This document shows, piece by piece, positions 30,414 to 39,328 of a stretch of DNA of 64,000 nucleotides (position 1 is the first letter of the stretch; the number at the start of each line of letters is the position of its first letter). Source of the stretch: a virus; the IMG/VR virus record IMGVR_UViG_3300047564_006544, positions 1 to 64,000 of that record; one strand, written 5' to 3'. Below the pieces are notes generated by a model that was given only the letters and a program-made list of their open reading frames with translations, had not been told where the DNA came from and did no database searches. A program made the translations under genes and the position numbers.

Positions 30414-31294
30414 TAGAATATTTTACTCATAATTGGATCCTGAATCCAGGAAAAAACCTTTGGATTGCCAACTTGTTGGCCGAGATCCAATGGCCTTGGT
30501 GTAACCTGCTGAATAGATTGAATCCATCTGCACTCTCTTGAATCAAAATAATAAAAGACCATTTTTCCAGTCTTTGGATTTATAAAATATCTTACAAGAT
30601 TGCTGCTTTGAACAGAGTCAAGCCCGACCCTAAAATTATAGGAATCAGATCTTGGTGCCATAGTATCTGTTGGCCTATTTATTATTTTTATAGCTTGTGC
30701 TGTCATTTTTTCTGGAGTAGATCCATCAATTATTACTAGTCCTGCCTTTGGATCAAAATCAAGATTGTTGTTTACCGTAGATACTTTTGATTGATATGGC
30801 TGTTCATTTATTAAAATTTCAAGTCTAAAATTAATAAAATCTAAGCTAGTTTTTCCTCCGTCAAATTTTTTATATTTATCTCTATCTGTTGCCTTCATTT
30901 CAAGGTCAACAAATTCTATTGATGTTTCTCTTGCTGGACTACCTGACTCAGTTACAGCAAGTGAATCAACTACTTCTGCATTTGGAGGAAGAATATTTAT
31001 TCCTTGATTTTCTTCAAATCTTCTTGTTATTGCATTTAGAATGGTTCCCCACTCATGCTCAAATACATCAGAAGATTCTGATCCTGCTATAGCTACAAGT
31101 TTCAAGAGAACGCTGTTTCCAGAGGTCGGAAGCAAAAGCCTTGTTCCGGTTAAAAACTCAGATTCTATTGTTGGATCTGTACCATCAAATGTATAAAATA
31201 CAACTGACGGTACATTTGTCTCTACCTCGACATACTCTGGTATACCTGATATTATTTGATTTGTGCTTTGAACTACTGTAAGAATGATTGCCAT
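30413..31294 (-). CDS. Putative virion protein with FN3-associated/chitobiase-C Ig-like domain
   Basis: VFYTFDGTDPTIESE...LKLVAI...SDV motif. Confidence 0.6.
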   Translation of the reverse strand: MAIILTVVQSTNQIISGIPEYVEVETNVPSVVFYTFDGTDPTIESEFLTGTRLLLPTSGNSVLLKLVAIAGSESSDVFEHEWGTILNAITRRFEENQGINILPPNAEVVDSLAVTESGSPARETSIEFVDLEMKATDRDKYKKFDGGKTSLDFINFRLEILINEQPYQSKVSTVNNNLDFDPKAGLVIIDGSTPEKMTAQAIKIINRPTDTMAPRSDSYNFRVGLDSVQSSNLVRYFINPKTGKMVFYYFDSRECRWIQSIQQVTPRPLDLGQQVGNPKVFSWIQDPIMSKIF

Positions 31295-31297
31295 ATC

Positions 31298-33412
31298 TTA
31301 AGCAGATATATTACCAGTGTAAAAAGAAATAGAGCTATCTCCATTTATTTTTGAAACATCTAGAACATTCTCAAACCTTTCTTTTAGAGAGTCATCATGT
31401 GTAATTACCAAAATCTTATATTTATTTTCAAGCTGCTTTATTATATTTACAAATAGAGTCTCTACACCACTTTTATCTAGAGGTGAATTTATTTCGTCAA
31501 GAAGCAGGAACTCTAGTGCAGAACCGCCATGTTGGGTTGCAATTTCTGACAGGGCGATTCTAAGTGATAGAGCTATTCTAAATTGCTCTCCACCACTGAG
31601 AGAGGAGAATCCGCAGAGAGCACCATCTTTCTTTACATTAAGATCAAGAGTTTCTACTGTAGAAATACCATCGGATCCAACCCTCTGTGTTTCTAAAGAA
31701 ATTGAAAACTGATCAGAGATAGAAGAAAGAATTCTATTTGCTGTTCTCTGAAGATCTTCAATTACAGCCTCAAGAAGAAGTGCTTGAATTCCACTCTTTC
31801 CAAACATTTTTACCATCTTGTCAAAGATTGCCATTTGCTCATTCTTTGAGTCAAAAGATTTCTTTAGTTCATTTAGCTCAATCTTCTTTGCCGATAAAGA
31901 TTCTGTTTTCTCTCTAAGAGAGCCAACCTTTATTCCTGCCTGCAGTATTTCATTAGAAATGACTTGAAGCTTTTCCTTTCCTGCCTTTAAATCATCGTGT
32001 AGGATTTGAAAATCTTCATTCTTTAGCGAATTTAAAATATCTTCATTTGCAGATATTTTTCTCTTTACTTCTACCATTCTTGAATAAAGATCTTCTTTTT
32101 CTTCTTCTCCAGCAGAGATTTCTTCTTTTAATATTTCTTTTTGAGAAAGAAGGTTTTTAATCTCTTCCTTTCCCCTCTCTATTTCTAGGTTATCTGCCTT
32201 TTGCTTCTCAAGTTCTTTTTTCAGCTCTGATAGGTACTGAATTCTTTTCTCTGCATTTGCCTTCTTTTTTGTATAGTAATCAACACTTGACTGATGCTCT
32301 GTGTGCAATCTTGATGCAATTTCTTCATTTACCTCCTGAAGACAAACATGACACTTTCCAGTGTGAAGATGAACATCAGAAAGCTCTTTTAGCTTTATCT
32401 TTGATTGCTGAATTGATCCAGAATATTCAATCCACTCTGTGGACATTCTCTCAATCTTTTGCTCAACATCTGGATCAAAAGATAGTGTCTTGATCTTTTT
32501 TTCAAGTAGGCTTATTTTTGATACTAACGAATCGCTTCTCTCCAATCTTTTTGTAAGAGATTGTAATACTTGATCAAATCTAGCCTTTAGATCCTTTCCG
32601 GATGCCTTTAGAGAGGCTATCTCTGCGATTGCCTTATCCCAGCTTGCAGTATCAATGTTGTTTTTCATCTTAAGATACTTTTCGGAAAGTGCCTCTACAG
32701 ACTCCTGCAGATCCTCTTTCTCTTTCGACTTTGTCTCAAGTATCTTTGTAGCAGTCAAAAGCTCTGCTTCACTAGCAATAAGAGCTTGAACCTCCGCATT
32801 TAAAGAGTCATATCTTGCCTGATATTTTACAATTTCAGTTTGAATATCTTTTGCTTTTTTCTTTGCTTCTTTTTCAAAAGAGTCCCATTTTGAAATATCT
32901 ACAATACTTTTAAGAATTTCTTTTTTCTTTGAAGCTTCTGATGTTGCAAATTCTGAGATATCATTCTGTCTAAAGTAAGCTGAATTTACAAATGTTTTAT
33001 AATCAATCTTTAAAAGATTGACAATTCTGTCATTTGTTTCTCCTGATGTTGAGCCAGATAGTGACTTCCATTTTCCTTCTGAGTCAAGAGTAAAAAGATC
33101 TACTGTTGAAGTAGAAGTATTTCTTAGCCTAACTCTCTTTACGAGATAAGTTCCATCGCCATGAGAAAACTCCAACGAAACCTCACACTTATTTTCTCCC
33201 CATGTTATTACATCGTCCATTGTTGTTGCTCTGGACTTGTTATATAAACACCATAGGATTGATTCCATTATTGCAGATTTACCAGATCCATTTGATCTGT
33301 AATAATCTCCATCAACAGAGCCAACTAGAAGTGCAGAGTTAAAAAGTGAAAAATCTATTTCACTTACTTTGTGAGAAAAGAAGTTTTCTAACTTTAGTTT
33401 CTTTGGAAGCAT
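31298..33412 (-). CDS. sbcC: SbcC/Rad50 (gp46-like) ATPase
   Basis: SNGSGKS Walker A, coiled coils, CHVC zinc hook, LSGGE signature, LLLDE Walker B, ITHD. Confidence 0.92.
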   Translation of the reverse strand: MLPKKLKLENFFSHKVSEIDFSLFNSALLVGSVDGDYYRSNGSGKSAIMESILWCLYNKSRATTMDDVITWGENKCEVSLEFSHGDGTYLVKRVRLRNTSTSTVDLFTLDSEGKWKSLSGSTSGETNDRIVNLLKIDYKTFVNSAYFRQNDISEFATSEASKKKEILKSIVDISKWDSFEKEAKKKAKDIQTEIVKYQARYDSLNAEVQALIASEAELLTATKILETKSKEKEDLQESVEALSEKYLKMKNNIDTASWDKAIAEIASLKASGKDLKARFDQVLQSLTKRLERSDSLVSKISLLEKKIKTLSFDPDVEQKIERMSTEWIEYSGSIQQSKIKLKELSDVHLHTGKCHVCLQEVNEEIASRLHTEHQSSVDYYTKKKANAEKRIQYLSELKKELEKQKADNLEIERGKEEIKNLLSQKEILKEEISAGEEEKEDLYSRMVEVKRKISANEDILNSLKNEDFQILHDDLKAGKEKLQVISNEILQAGIKVGSLREKTESLSAKKIELNELKKSFDSKNEQMAIFDKMVKMFGKSGIQALLLEAVIEDLQRTANRILSSISDQFSISLETQRVGSDGISTVETLDLNVKKDGALCGFSSLSGGEQFRIALSLRIALSEIATQHGGSALEFLLLDEINSPLDKSGVETLFVNIIKQLENKYKILVITHDDSLKERFENVLDVSKINGDSSISFYTGNISA

Positions 33413-33413
33413 T

Positions 33414-34577
33414 TTACACCATAATCTTTTTTGCTTCTTCTAGAAGCTTGTTTAAGAAATCGTCGTTAAGACCTTGGGTTTTTGCAAAAGCCTGAAATAC
33501 CTCATAGTCTGTTTTGTGAGAAAGAATTTCTTTATCTTTCTCAAGCTTTACCTGCTCAACGTCCCATATTATTTTTGAAACATGAAATGCTCCAGCAGAA
33601 TAAAGAGTTTTCTCTATCTCACCCCTTGAAAATAATGCTTGGGTTCCATCTTTTATTTTAATTTTTGCTCTGCAAATTTTATCATCAAGTGAGAACTTTT
33701 TAATCTGCTCACTATAATCTTGAAGATAAGTAAAAGCTGTAGATCCAGAAAGATCAAATGATAAGTCTAATAGTTCTCTGGTTGGAATCTTGACCTGTTC
33801 AAAGTCAGATTTTTCTGAATCAAAAACTAAAAAGAACTTTTCAACATCTGCATCACCAAAATTTGTCTTTTCAAGAGATCCAACATAATAAGCTTTTGGA
33901 CCTGACTTTCTAATTCTTCTAAACTCATGATGATGACCCATTACCACACCACTTAGATTCTTTAGAGAATCTGGTGATACAAGAACTTCGTGTCCACCAT
34001 AGTCAAAATAATTTCCTTCAAAGAAGAAATTGTGACCAACCGCTATTGATGGGATATCATCTGGTATTCTCTCTGCCATTTCTTTTAACTGCAAGTTAAA
34101 AAGATCTGTGCATTCTTTTGCTCCGGTACCGGCATACATTCTTTTGTCACGGTATGGAATAAGAAGCATGGCTTGAGATTCGCCATTTTTATTTGAATAG
34201 ATTATTGACTCTGGCTTAAGAAGAATTCTAACATTCTTGTAGGAGTTTGCCTGCATTGTTGCTAATGCGCTGGTATAGCTATCTCCAGTCTTTCTGTAGT
34301 CATGATTTCCCATTATGACTACAGTAAAGATATTTGCATCAGAAAGTCTTTTTATTGCACGATCTGCAATCTGAATATGCTCAGTGGTTGGATTTCTTAC
34401 TTCAAAAAGATCTCCAGTCTGAATAAATACTTCAACATTATTTGAAATGCAGTAGTCAATTATAAAGTTTAAGGAACGCTCGTAATCATCAACTCTGGTG
34501 TTTCCACCAGATCCGTTGGGGCGTCCAAGCGACATGATATTACCAATGTGGGTGTCACCGCAAATAACAGTTTTCAT
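33414..34577 (-). CDS. sbcD: SbcD/Mre11 (gp47-like) nuclease
   Basis: GDTHIG, TGDLF, GNHD, GHN, MGHHH, YVGS metallophosphoesterase motifs. Confidence 0.92.
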   Translation of the reverse strand: MKTVICGDTHIGNIMSLGRPNGSGGNTRVDDYERSLNFIIDYCISNNVEVFIQTGDLFEVRNPTTEHIQIADRAIKRLSDANIFTVVIMGNHDYRKTGDSYTSALATMQANSYKNVRILLKPESIIYSNKNGESQAMLLIPYRDKRMYAGTGAKECTDLFNLQLKEMAERIPDDIPSIAVGHNFFFEGNYFDYGGHEVLVSPDSLKNLSGVVMGHHHEFRRIRKSGPKAYYVGSLEKTNFGDADVEKFFLVFDSEKSDFEQVKIPTRELLDLSFDLSGSTAFTYLQDYSEQIKKFSLDDKICRAKIKIKDGTQALFSRGEIEKTLYSAGAFHVSKIIWDVEQVKLEKDKEILSHKTDYEVFQAFAKTQGLNDDFLNKLLEEAKKIMV

Positions 34578-35326
34578 TTTTCCTCGTTATTTATTCTATA
34601 TATTTTCCAACAACCGTTGATTAATTTTTCTGTATATTTTTCGTGATCTTTATTTAGTCTGCGCTGAATTGCAGAGCGAGAAACTCCAAACATCTTTGCT
34701 ATATCATTATAGGATGATCCTGTCTTTATTTCTCCAGTATTAACATTTTTTGCTTCAATCTCGGAAATATAACCTGGATTATCGCTTCCCCACCTTGAAT
34801 CGCTAATTTTCTTTTTAGTCTCTGCAGAGCGTTTCTTACCAAAGTTTGGATTTTTTTCTCCACTATTAATTTCGCTAAGGTGTCTCTTCTGCTCTTCGGT
34901 AAGGCTCTTACCCTTATTATGTGGAGTTTTGCCACTCATCTTTTGTATTGTCTCTTTGGAATGTTTTCTTCCGGCCATAGGCGAGTTTGACATAACTGCC
35001 ATATTATAATGGTAATCGTAGTGATTTTTGATCTTAAAAATATCATCTAAATACTTTTGTTCTACAGAAAGAAGATCAGTAGTAGCAAGTGAATTGCTGC
35101 ATATCTCTAAAATTTTAAATTCAAAAGAATCATTTCCATATTTGTTATATGCATTTTGCAGAAAAATATTTGCATGCCTCTTAGCCGTAAGATTTTTAAA
35201 ATGATCTCGCAACCTATTTTCAAAGTTAGAGGTGGATCCAATATACATCTTCCCATCCTTAAGGTTTAAAATGCAGTATATTCCACATTTATTAAGATCA
35301 TCCTTATTTCCTTTGAATTTTATCAT
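34574..35326 (-). mobile_element. Free-standing GIY-YIG homing endonuclease with NUMOD3 repeats (ATG at 35326)
   Basis: CGIYCILN...MYIGST..R; GRKHSKETIQKMS, GKKRSAETKKKIS; C-terminal HTH. Confidence 0.88.
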
Positions 35327-35328
35327 AA

Positions 35329-35358
35329 GCACCTCACTTTATTATACCAAAGTGAGTG
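35329..35358 (-). promoter_or_regulatory. RBS-sequestering hairpin with GTATAAT in the loop
   Basis: Minus strand CA-CTCACTTT-GGTATAAT-AAAGTGAG-GTG-CTT-ATG. Confidence 0.7.
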
Positions 35359-35409
35359 TCACTAAAGCAAATTTATTTATGATAATATATCAGTTATTAA
35401 TTACGGTTT

Positions 35410-35937
35410 TCATTTTGACTCCAGCATTTTTTTCAATTTTTCATTTAGTCTTTCTATTTTATCAGGATCTTCCTTTGAGCTTTCAAAAGAAATACGATCT
35501 ATTTTTCTCAATAGTCCAGACATATTATCTATTTGGCCTGGGTTCTTTGAAAGAAACTCTCTAATTATTGCAGATGTATTTAAAAGAATTGGAAAGGCAA
35601 CCCTTTTTTGCTCTATTACATCTTGATATGCTCCTGGATTTTTAACCATAGACCTCATTTCAACCATTGCTTCTGAGAATGTCTTGCCTGTGCAAAACAT
35701 ATAAAAGTCAATTGATGAAACACCCTGATTGCATCCATAACAAAAGAAATTATTATCTCTTGAGTTTATATAGCAAGAAGATGTCTTTTCTTTTCCATGT
35801 TTATGATCTACAGATGGGCAACGACAACGGTAATCAAAATTACCTGCTGAAGTTGATTCAAGCTGAATTCCAAATTGTGATGCAAGCTCTAATATTTTTA
35901 CTTGCTTTGCTATGTCTGTTCTGGATGCAATTTTCAT
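35410..35937 (-). CDS. Stand-alone DnaG CHC2 zinc-binding domain protein
   Basis: RCPSVDH...TSSCYIN..NNFFCYGC..G.SSIDF.M...G.TFSEA; no TOPRIM domain. Confidence 0.8.
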   Translation of the reverse strand: MKIASRTDIAKQVKILELASQFGIQLESTSAGNFDYRCRCPSVDHKHGKEKTSSCYINSRDNNFFCYGCNQGVSSIDFYMFCTGKTFSEAMVEMRSMVKNPGAYQDVIEQKRVAFPILLNTSAIIREFLSKNPGQIDNMSGLLRKIDRISFESSKEDPDKIERLNEKLKKMLESK

Positions 35938-35941
35938 TTTA

Positions 35942-36988
35942 TTACTTAAATATTGAAATTAAATTTGACCAAAATGACGTACCCTTTTGCTGTGGCTCAA
36001 TTTTTGCAATATCATTCTTTGCAACTCTAAAATAGACGGGCTGCCTACAGCTCTGGTCTATATAGTACGCCATTCCTGGCTCAGTTATATTTGCTGCAAG
36101 AGAAGAATTCATAATAATTCTTGATTCCATATCTGAAGAAACTCTCATTGCAATTCTTCCTGTAAAGTTTGCCTTAATTTGACCTGGAAGAATTGATGAT
36201 GATGGACGCTGTGTTGCTAGGATAACAGAGATTCCTGCGGCTCTACCTTTTTGAGAAATTGTAAGAACCTTGTTTAGATTCTTTTTGTCAGAAAGGTAAA
36301 CATCTGACCACTCATCAATAATTAAGGCATATGGGCAAATCTTCTGAGAACTCATCATATTGTTCTGGACTGCAGAGACATATCCTCTTTTGCTCAAAAG
36401 AGAATAAATTGTATTCATCCTATCTATAATAGAATCAAGCGTTCTTCCGAAATCATCAGGATCGGAAACAACCGTACAGGGCCGTCTTTTGCTAAATTCA
36501 TTGAAGTCTACAATTTTAGGGTCAATTATTGTTACTGCAACACCAGATGTCAAAAGGCACTCAACCATTACCTTTAAAAGCGTACTCTTTCCTGCGCCGG
36601 GGGCACCTGCCACTAGGGTATTGGGGACAGCCCCTTGATCCACTACCAGCGGCCCGCCTAGCGCGGTGCAGCCAAGCACCATAGGGGAGAGGGCCGAAGC
36701 GGGCAGGAGGGCTAGGGCTTGACTTAGGAGCATCTGGTCAACGTCCCTTCTTTGGATCGAAATCTTGTAGGAACCCGTTTGGTAATTGATCTCACCATTT
36801 GGCTCACTCATTGATCCCATGTAAAGTGCAAAATCTCCAATTGATTTTGCAAGTTTAGACAGTTTTGTTCCAAATTCTGGATAAACGTCAAATATGTCAA
36901 AAGACCCAATCTGGGTCTTTTTGATTTCTGCAACTTGGATTTTTTGAATGAAGAAGAAGTGTCTTGCTCTCTCTACATCTTTATCCAT
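35942..36988 (-). CDS. FtsK/SpoIIIE-family ATPase (soluble, no TM or gamma domain)
   Basis: PNTLVAGAPGAGKS, IIDPK, LIIDEW, KGRAAGISVILATQRPS, IKANF..RIA. Confidence 0.88.
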   Translation of the reverse strand: MDKDVERARHFFFIQKIQVAEIKKTQIGSFDIFDVYPEFGTKLSKLAKSIGDFALYMGSMSEPNGEINYQTGSYKISIQRRDVDQMLLSQALALLPASALSPMVLGCTALGGPLVVDQGAVPNTLVAGAPGAGKSTLLKVMVECLLTSGVAVTIIDPKIVDFNEFSKRRPCTVVSDPDDFGRTLDSIIDRMNTIYSLLSKRGYVSAVQNNMMSSQKICPYALIIDEWSDVYLSDKKNLNKVLTISQKGRAAGISVILATQRPSSSILPGQIKANFTGRIAMRVSSDMESRIIMNSSLAANITEPGMAYYIDQSCRQPVYFRVAKNDIAKIEPQQKGTSFWSNLISIFK

Positions 36989-36990
36989 AT

Positions 36991-37332
36991 TTACCTCTTG
37001 AGTTTTTTCAACTCCCTTTCAAGTTCTCTTAACTTAACCTCGTTTTTTACCAGCTCATCCCTCGTTTTTAACGAGGAGCGAAGGGAAAGAATAATGAGGC
37101 CGAATATTCCTTCACCCGGTACTACCTTATCCAACTCGTCAGCCGTTGTCAATAGCCTTGTTAAAATTGATTTGACATTGTTATGATAGGCTTGTGTCTG
37201 GTTGTCAGGATGCGTTTTATCGGCTAATAACTTTTTATATTCCTCTATGACTCCAGAGAATCTAATCTTTGCTTCTTGCTTTTTATTATCAAGATAAGAA
37301 GAGTTTTTTGGAATTTCTATTTCGTCACTCAT
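36991..37332 (-). CDS. Hypothetical protein (probable start MSDEIEI)
   Basis: GGAG RBS before the internal ATG that overlaps the upstream stop. Confidence 0.65.
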   Translation of the reverse strand: MSDEIEIPKNSSYLDNKKQEAKIRFSGVIEEYKKLLADKTHPDNQTQAYHNNVKSILTRLLTTADELDKVVPGEGIFGLIILSLRSSLKTRDELVKNEVKLRELERELKKLKR

Positions 37333-37652
37333 TTTTTCTCCGGTATTAACACTAGGTAAATTCCGCATTCTTTATGCATCTGAAAGAATTTCTGAATTTT
37401 TAAAATTTTATCTGAACTAAATATACCAAAATCTCGATGCAAAAAATTAATAACATTAAATGCTTTGTTATAATTTTCTACTGGCCCAGAGAAAAGATCC
37501 GCTGCGCTATCTAAGAAGTTCATTAGCTTTTGCTGCTTTTCAGCAGGAACCGTAGATAGATCTAGCAGCAGATTATTATTAGAAGAACAATAAATAAAGC
37601 CGTCCTTATCAGCATTTCCGTGGCATCCTAAGTATAAGTTCAATTTTGTCAC
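37329..37652 (-). CDS. Hypothetical protein
   Basis: 107 aa; GTATAAT at 37661-37667 just upstream. Confidence 0.6.
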   Translation of the reverse strand: MTKLNLYLGCHGNADKDGFIYCSSNNNLLLDLSTVPAEKQQKLMNFLDSAADLFSGPVENYNKAFNVINFLHRDFGIFSSDKILKIQKFFQMHKECGIYLVLIPEKK

Positions 37653-37676
37653 TGTTTTTCATTATACTGAAAATAA

Positions 37677-39320
37677 TTATATATAGTTAAACTTGATAAA
37701 TGATTTCGCCAAAATATCTAGTGTATTCACGCCTGAATTATTATTTATATTTATTGATGGTGTTGCTGTTGTTCCACCATTCACAATAACTCCGCTGAAC
37801 CATAGAGCATGAACATTTGAATCATTTAATGCTGCTGTTGTAAAGCCTGGTACACTTGACGTTATCTCTGCATTTTGAACACCAAGCTGTAGATCTACTC
37901 CGGCGTGAGTAAATGTTCCGCTTGTTGCAAGAGTAAAGTTTATAGTATTGTTTGCTCCTGCTCCGCTAAACTTTAGTAAAATTACTCCTCTTATTTCTAC
38001 AGCAGAGTTTACTGGCATATTTGCAATATTAAAAAATGTATTTGGGCCAGATGGAGCTATTGGTATTGTAGTTGTTCCTGCCAATATTTTTGATGTTTCC
38101 GTCATTGATATTGTTGCAGTATTTGGGCTTGTTGTAACTTTTACTCCGTTTGTTCCAGACAAAGTCATAGTTGTGTTGCCCAAGCTAGCAGTTGTTGGAG
38201 TTGCACCATCTGTAAATGTGCTATAAGTATATGTAGCGCCAGTTCCACCGTTAAGGGATGTAACGCCGGTATTTGATATTGTTATATTATCTGATGCAGA
38301 TGAGACCAAAACTCCAATGCCAGTTCCTGGAACAAAGGTAAATGTATCATTTGCAAGATCTGCGGCTGCTGTATTTGTTCCATCTGACATGGTTCCAAAT
38401 GAGTTATATGTTATTGCTCCCTTTGCGCCATTAAATGTAGTTACGCCATCATTATTTACTGTTACATTTCCTGAGCCAGATGTTGTAATGGCAGTTCCTG
38501 CTGTTATGGCAGTAACACCAGTGTTACCTATTGTAACGCTTCCCGTTCCAGCAGAAACAGAAATCCCTGTTCCAGCTACAGCCTGAGTTACGCCAGTATT
38601 TGATATTGTCATAGAATCTGCTGGGCCGTTTACCAATACCCCAATTCCTGTTCCGGCAACAAAAGTAAATGTATCATTTGCCTGATCTGCAACTGCAGAT
38701 ACATTTCCATCTGACATTGTTCCAAATGCTGGCTGGGAAGAATTTATAGTTAACGTATTTTGATCTGTTCTTACTACGTTAACATTTGTGCCACCAACAA
38801 AAGTTACATTGTCTGTTGATGCATCAGATCCGGTAAGTCTTAGGTCTGCTGATTTTGGTGTAGCATTTGTTTCTGCTGAAATACCATATGTAGTATTTGT
38901 ATCGTTTGCTGATGCAGAAATTGTAATTTTATTTGCATCAGTCCTAACTATTGTTACGTTACTTCCGCCGGTAAAAGTTACATTATCAGTATAGCCATCT
39001 GTATCTGTTAACCTTAAGTCTGCAGAATTTCCTGTTTGACTTGTCTCTGCTGATACAGAATACTTTGTATTGGTATCAATATCTGCCGTTGAAAATGTAA
39101 TTGTATTTTCATTTGTTCTTATTATTGTAACGTTTGTACCGCCAACAAAAGTTACATTGTCGGTATAACCATCGGAGTCTGTCAGTCTTAGATCTGCAGA
39201 ATTTCCTGTTTGACTACTTTCAGAGGATATGCCATAGCTTTTTACTGCAACTTTTGTTGTAGCATATTCATAGCCATCAATTCTAATTTCATTATTATCA
39301 TTGTCAATTTCAATTGGCAT
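37677..39320 (-). CDS. Tail fibre / virion surface protein with internal repeats
   Basis: T/G/S/N-rich beta repeats. Confidence 0.75.
   Translation of the reverse strand: MPIEIDNDNNEIRIDGYEYATTKVAVKSYGISSESSQTGNSADLRLTDSDGYTDNVTFVGGTNVTIIRTNENTITFSTADIDTNTKYSVSAETSQTGNSADLRLTDTDGYTDNVTFTGGSNVTIVRTDANKITISASANDTNTTYGISAETNATPKSADLRLTGSDASTDNVTFVGGTNVNVVRTDQNTLTINSSQPAFGTMSDGNVSAVADQANDTFTFVAGTGIGVLVNGPADSMTISNTGVTQAVAGTGISVSAGTGSVTIGNTGVTAITAGTAITTSGSGNVTVNNDGVTTFNGAKGAITYNSFGTMSDGTNTAAADLANDTFTFVPGTGIGVLVSSASDNITISNTGVTSLNGGTGATYTYSTFTDGATPTTASLGNTTMTLSGTNGVKVTTSPNTATISMTETSKILAGTTTIPIAPSGPNTFFNIANMPVNSAVEIRGVILLKFSGAGANNTINFTLATSGTFTHAGVDLQLGVQNAEITSSVPGFTTAALNDSNVHALWFSGVIVNGGTTATPSININNNSGVNTLDILAKSFIKFNYI
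38265..38730 (-). repeat. Second repeat type, two copies 327 bp apart
   Basis: FGTMSDG...A.AD.ANDTFTFV.GTGIGVLV....D..TISNTGVT. Confidence 0.8.
38745..39240 (-). repeat. Three 58-aa (174-bp) tandem repeats
   Basis: Y.IS.E..Q...SADLRLT..D..TDNVTF.GG.NV.I.RT..N.IT unit, three copies at 174-nt spacing; outer boundaries approximate. Confidence 0.85.
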
Positions 39321-39328
39321 ATTATCCT

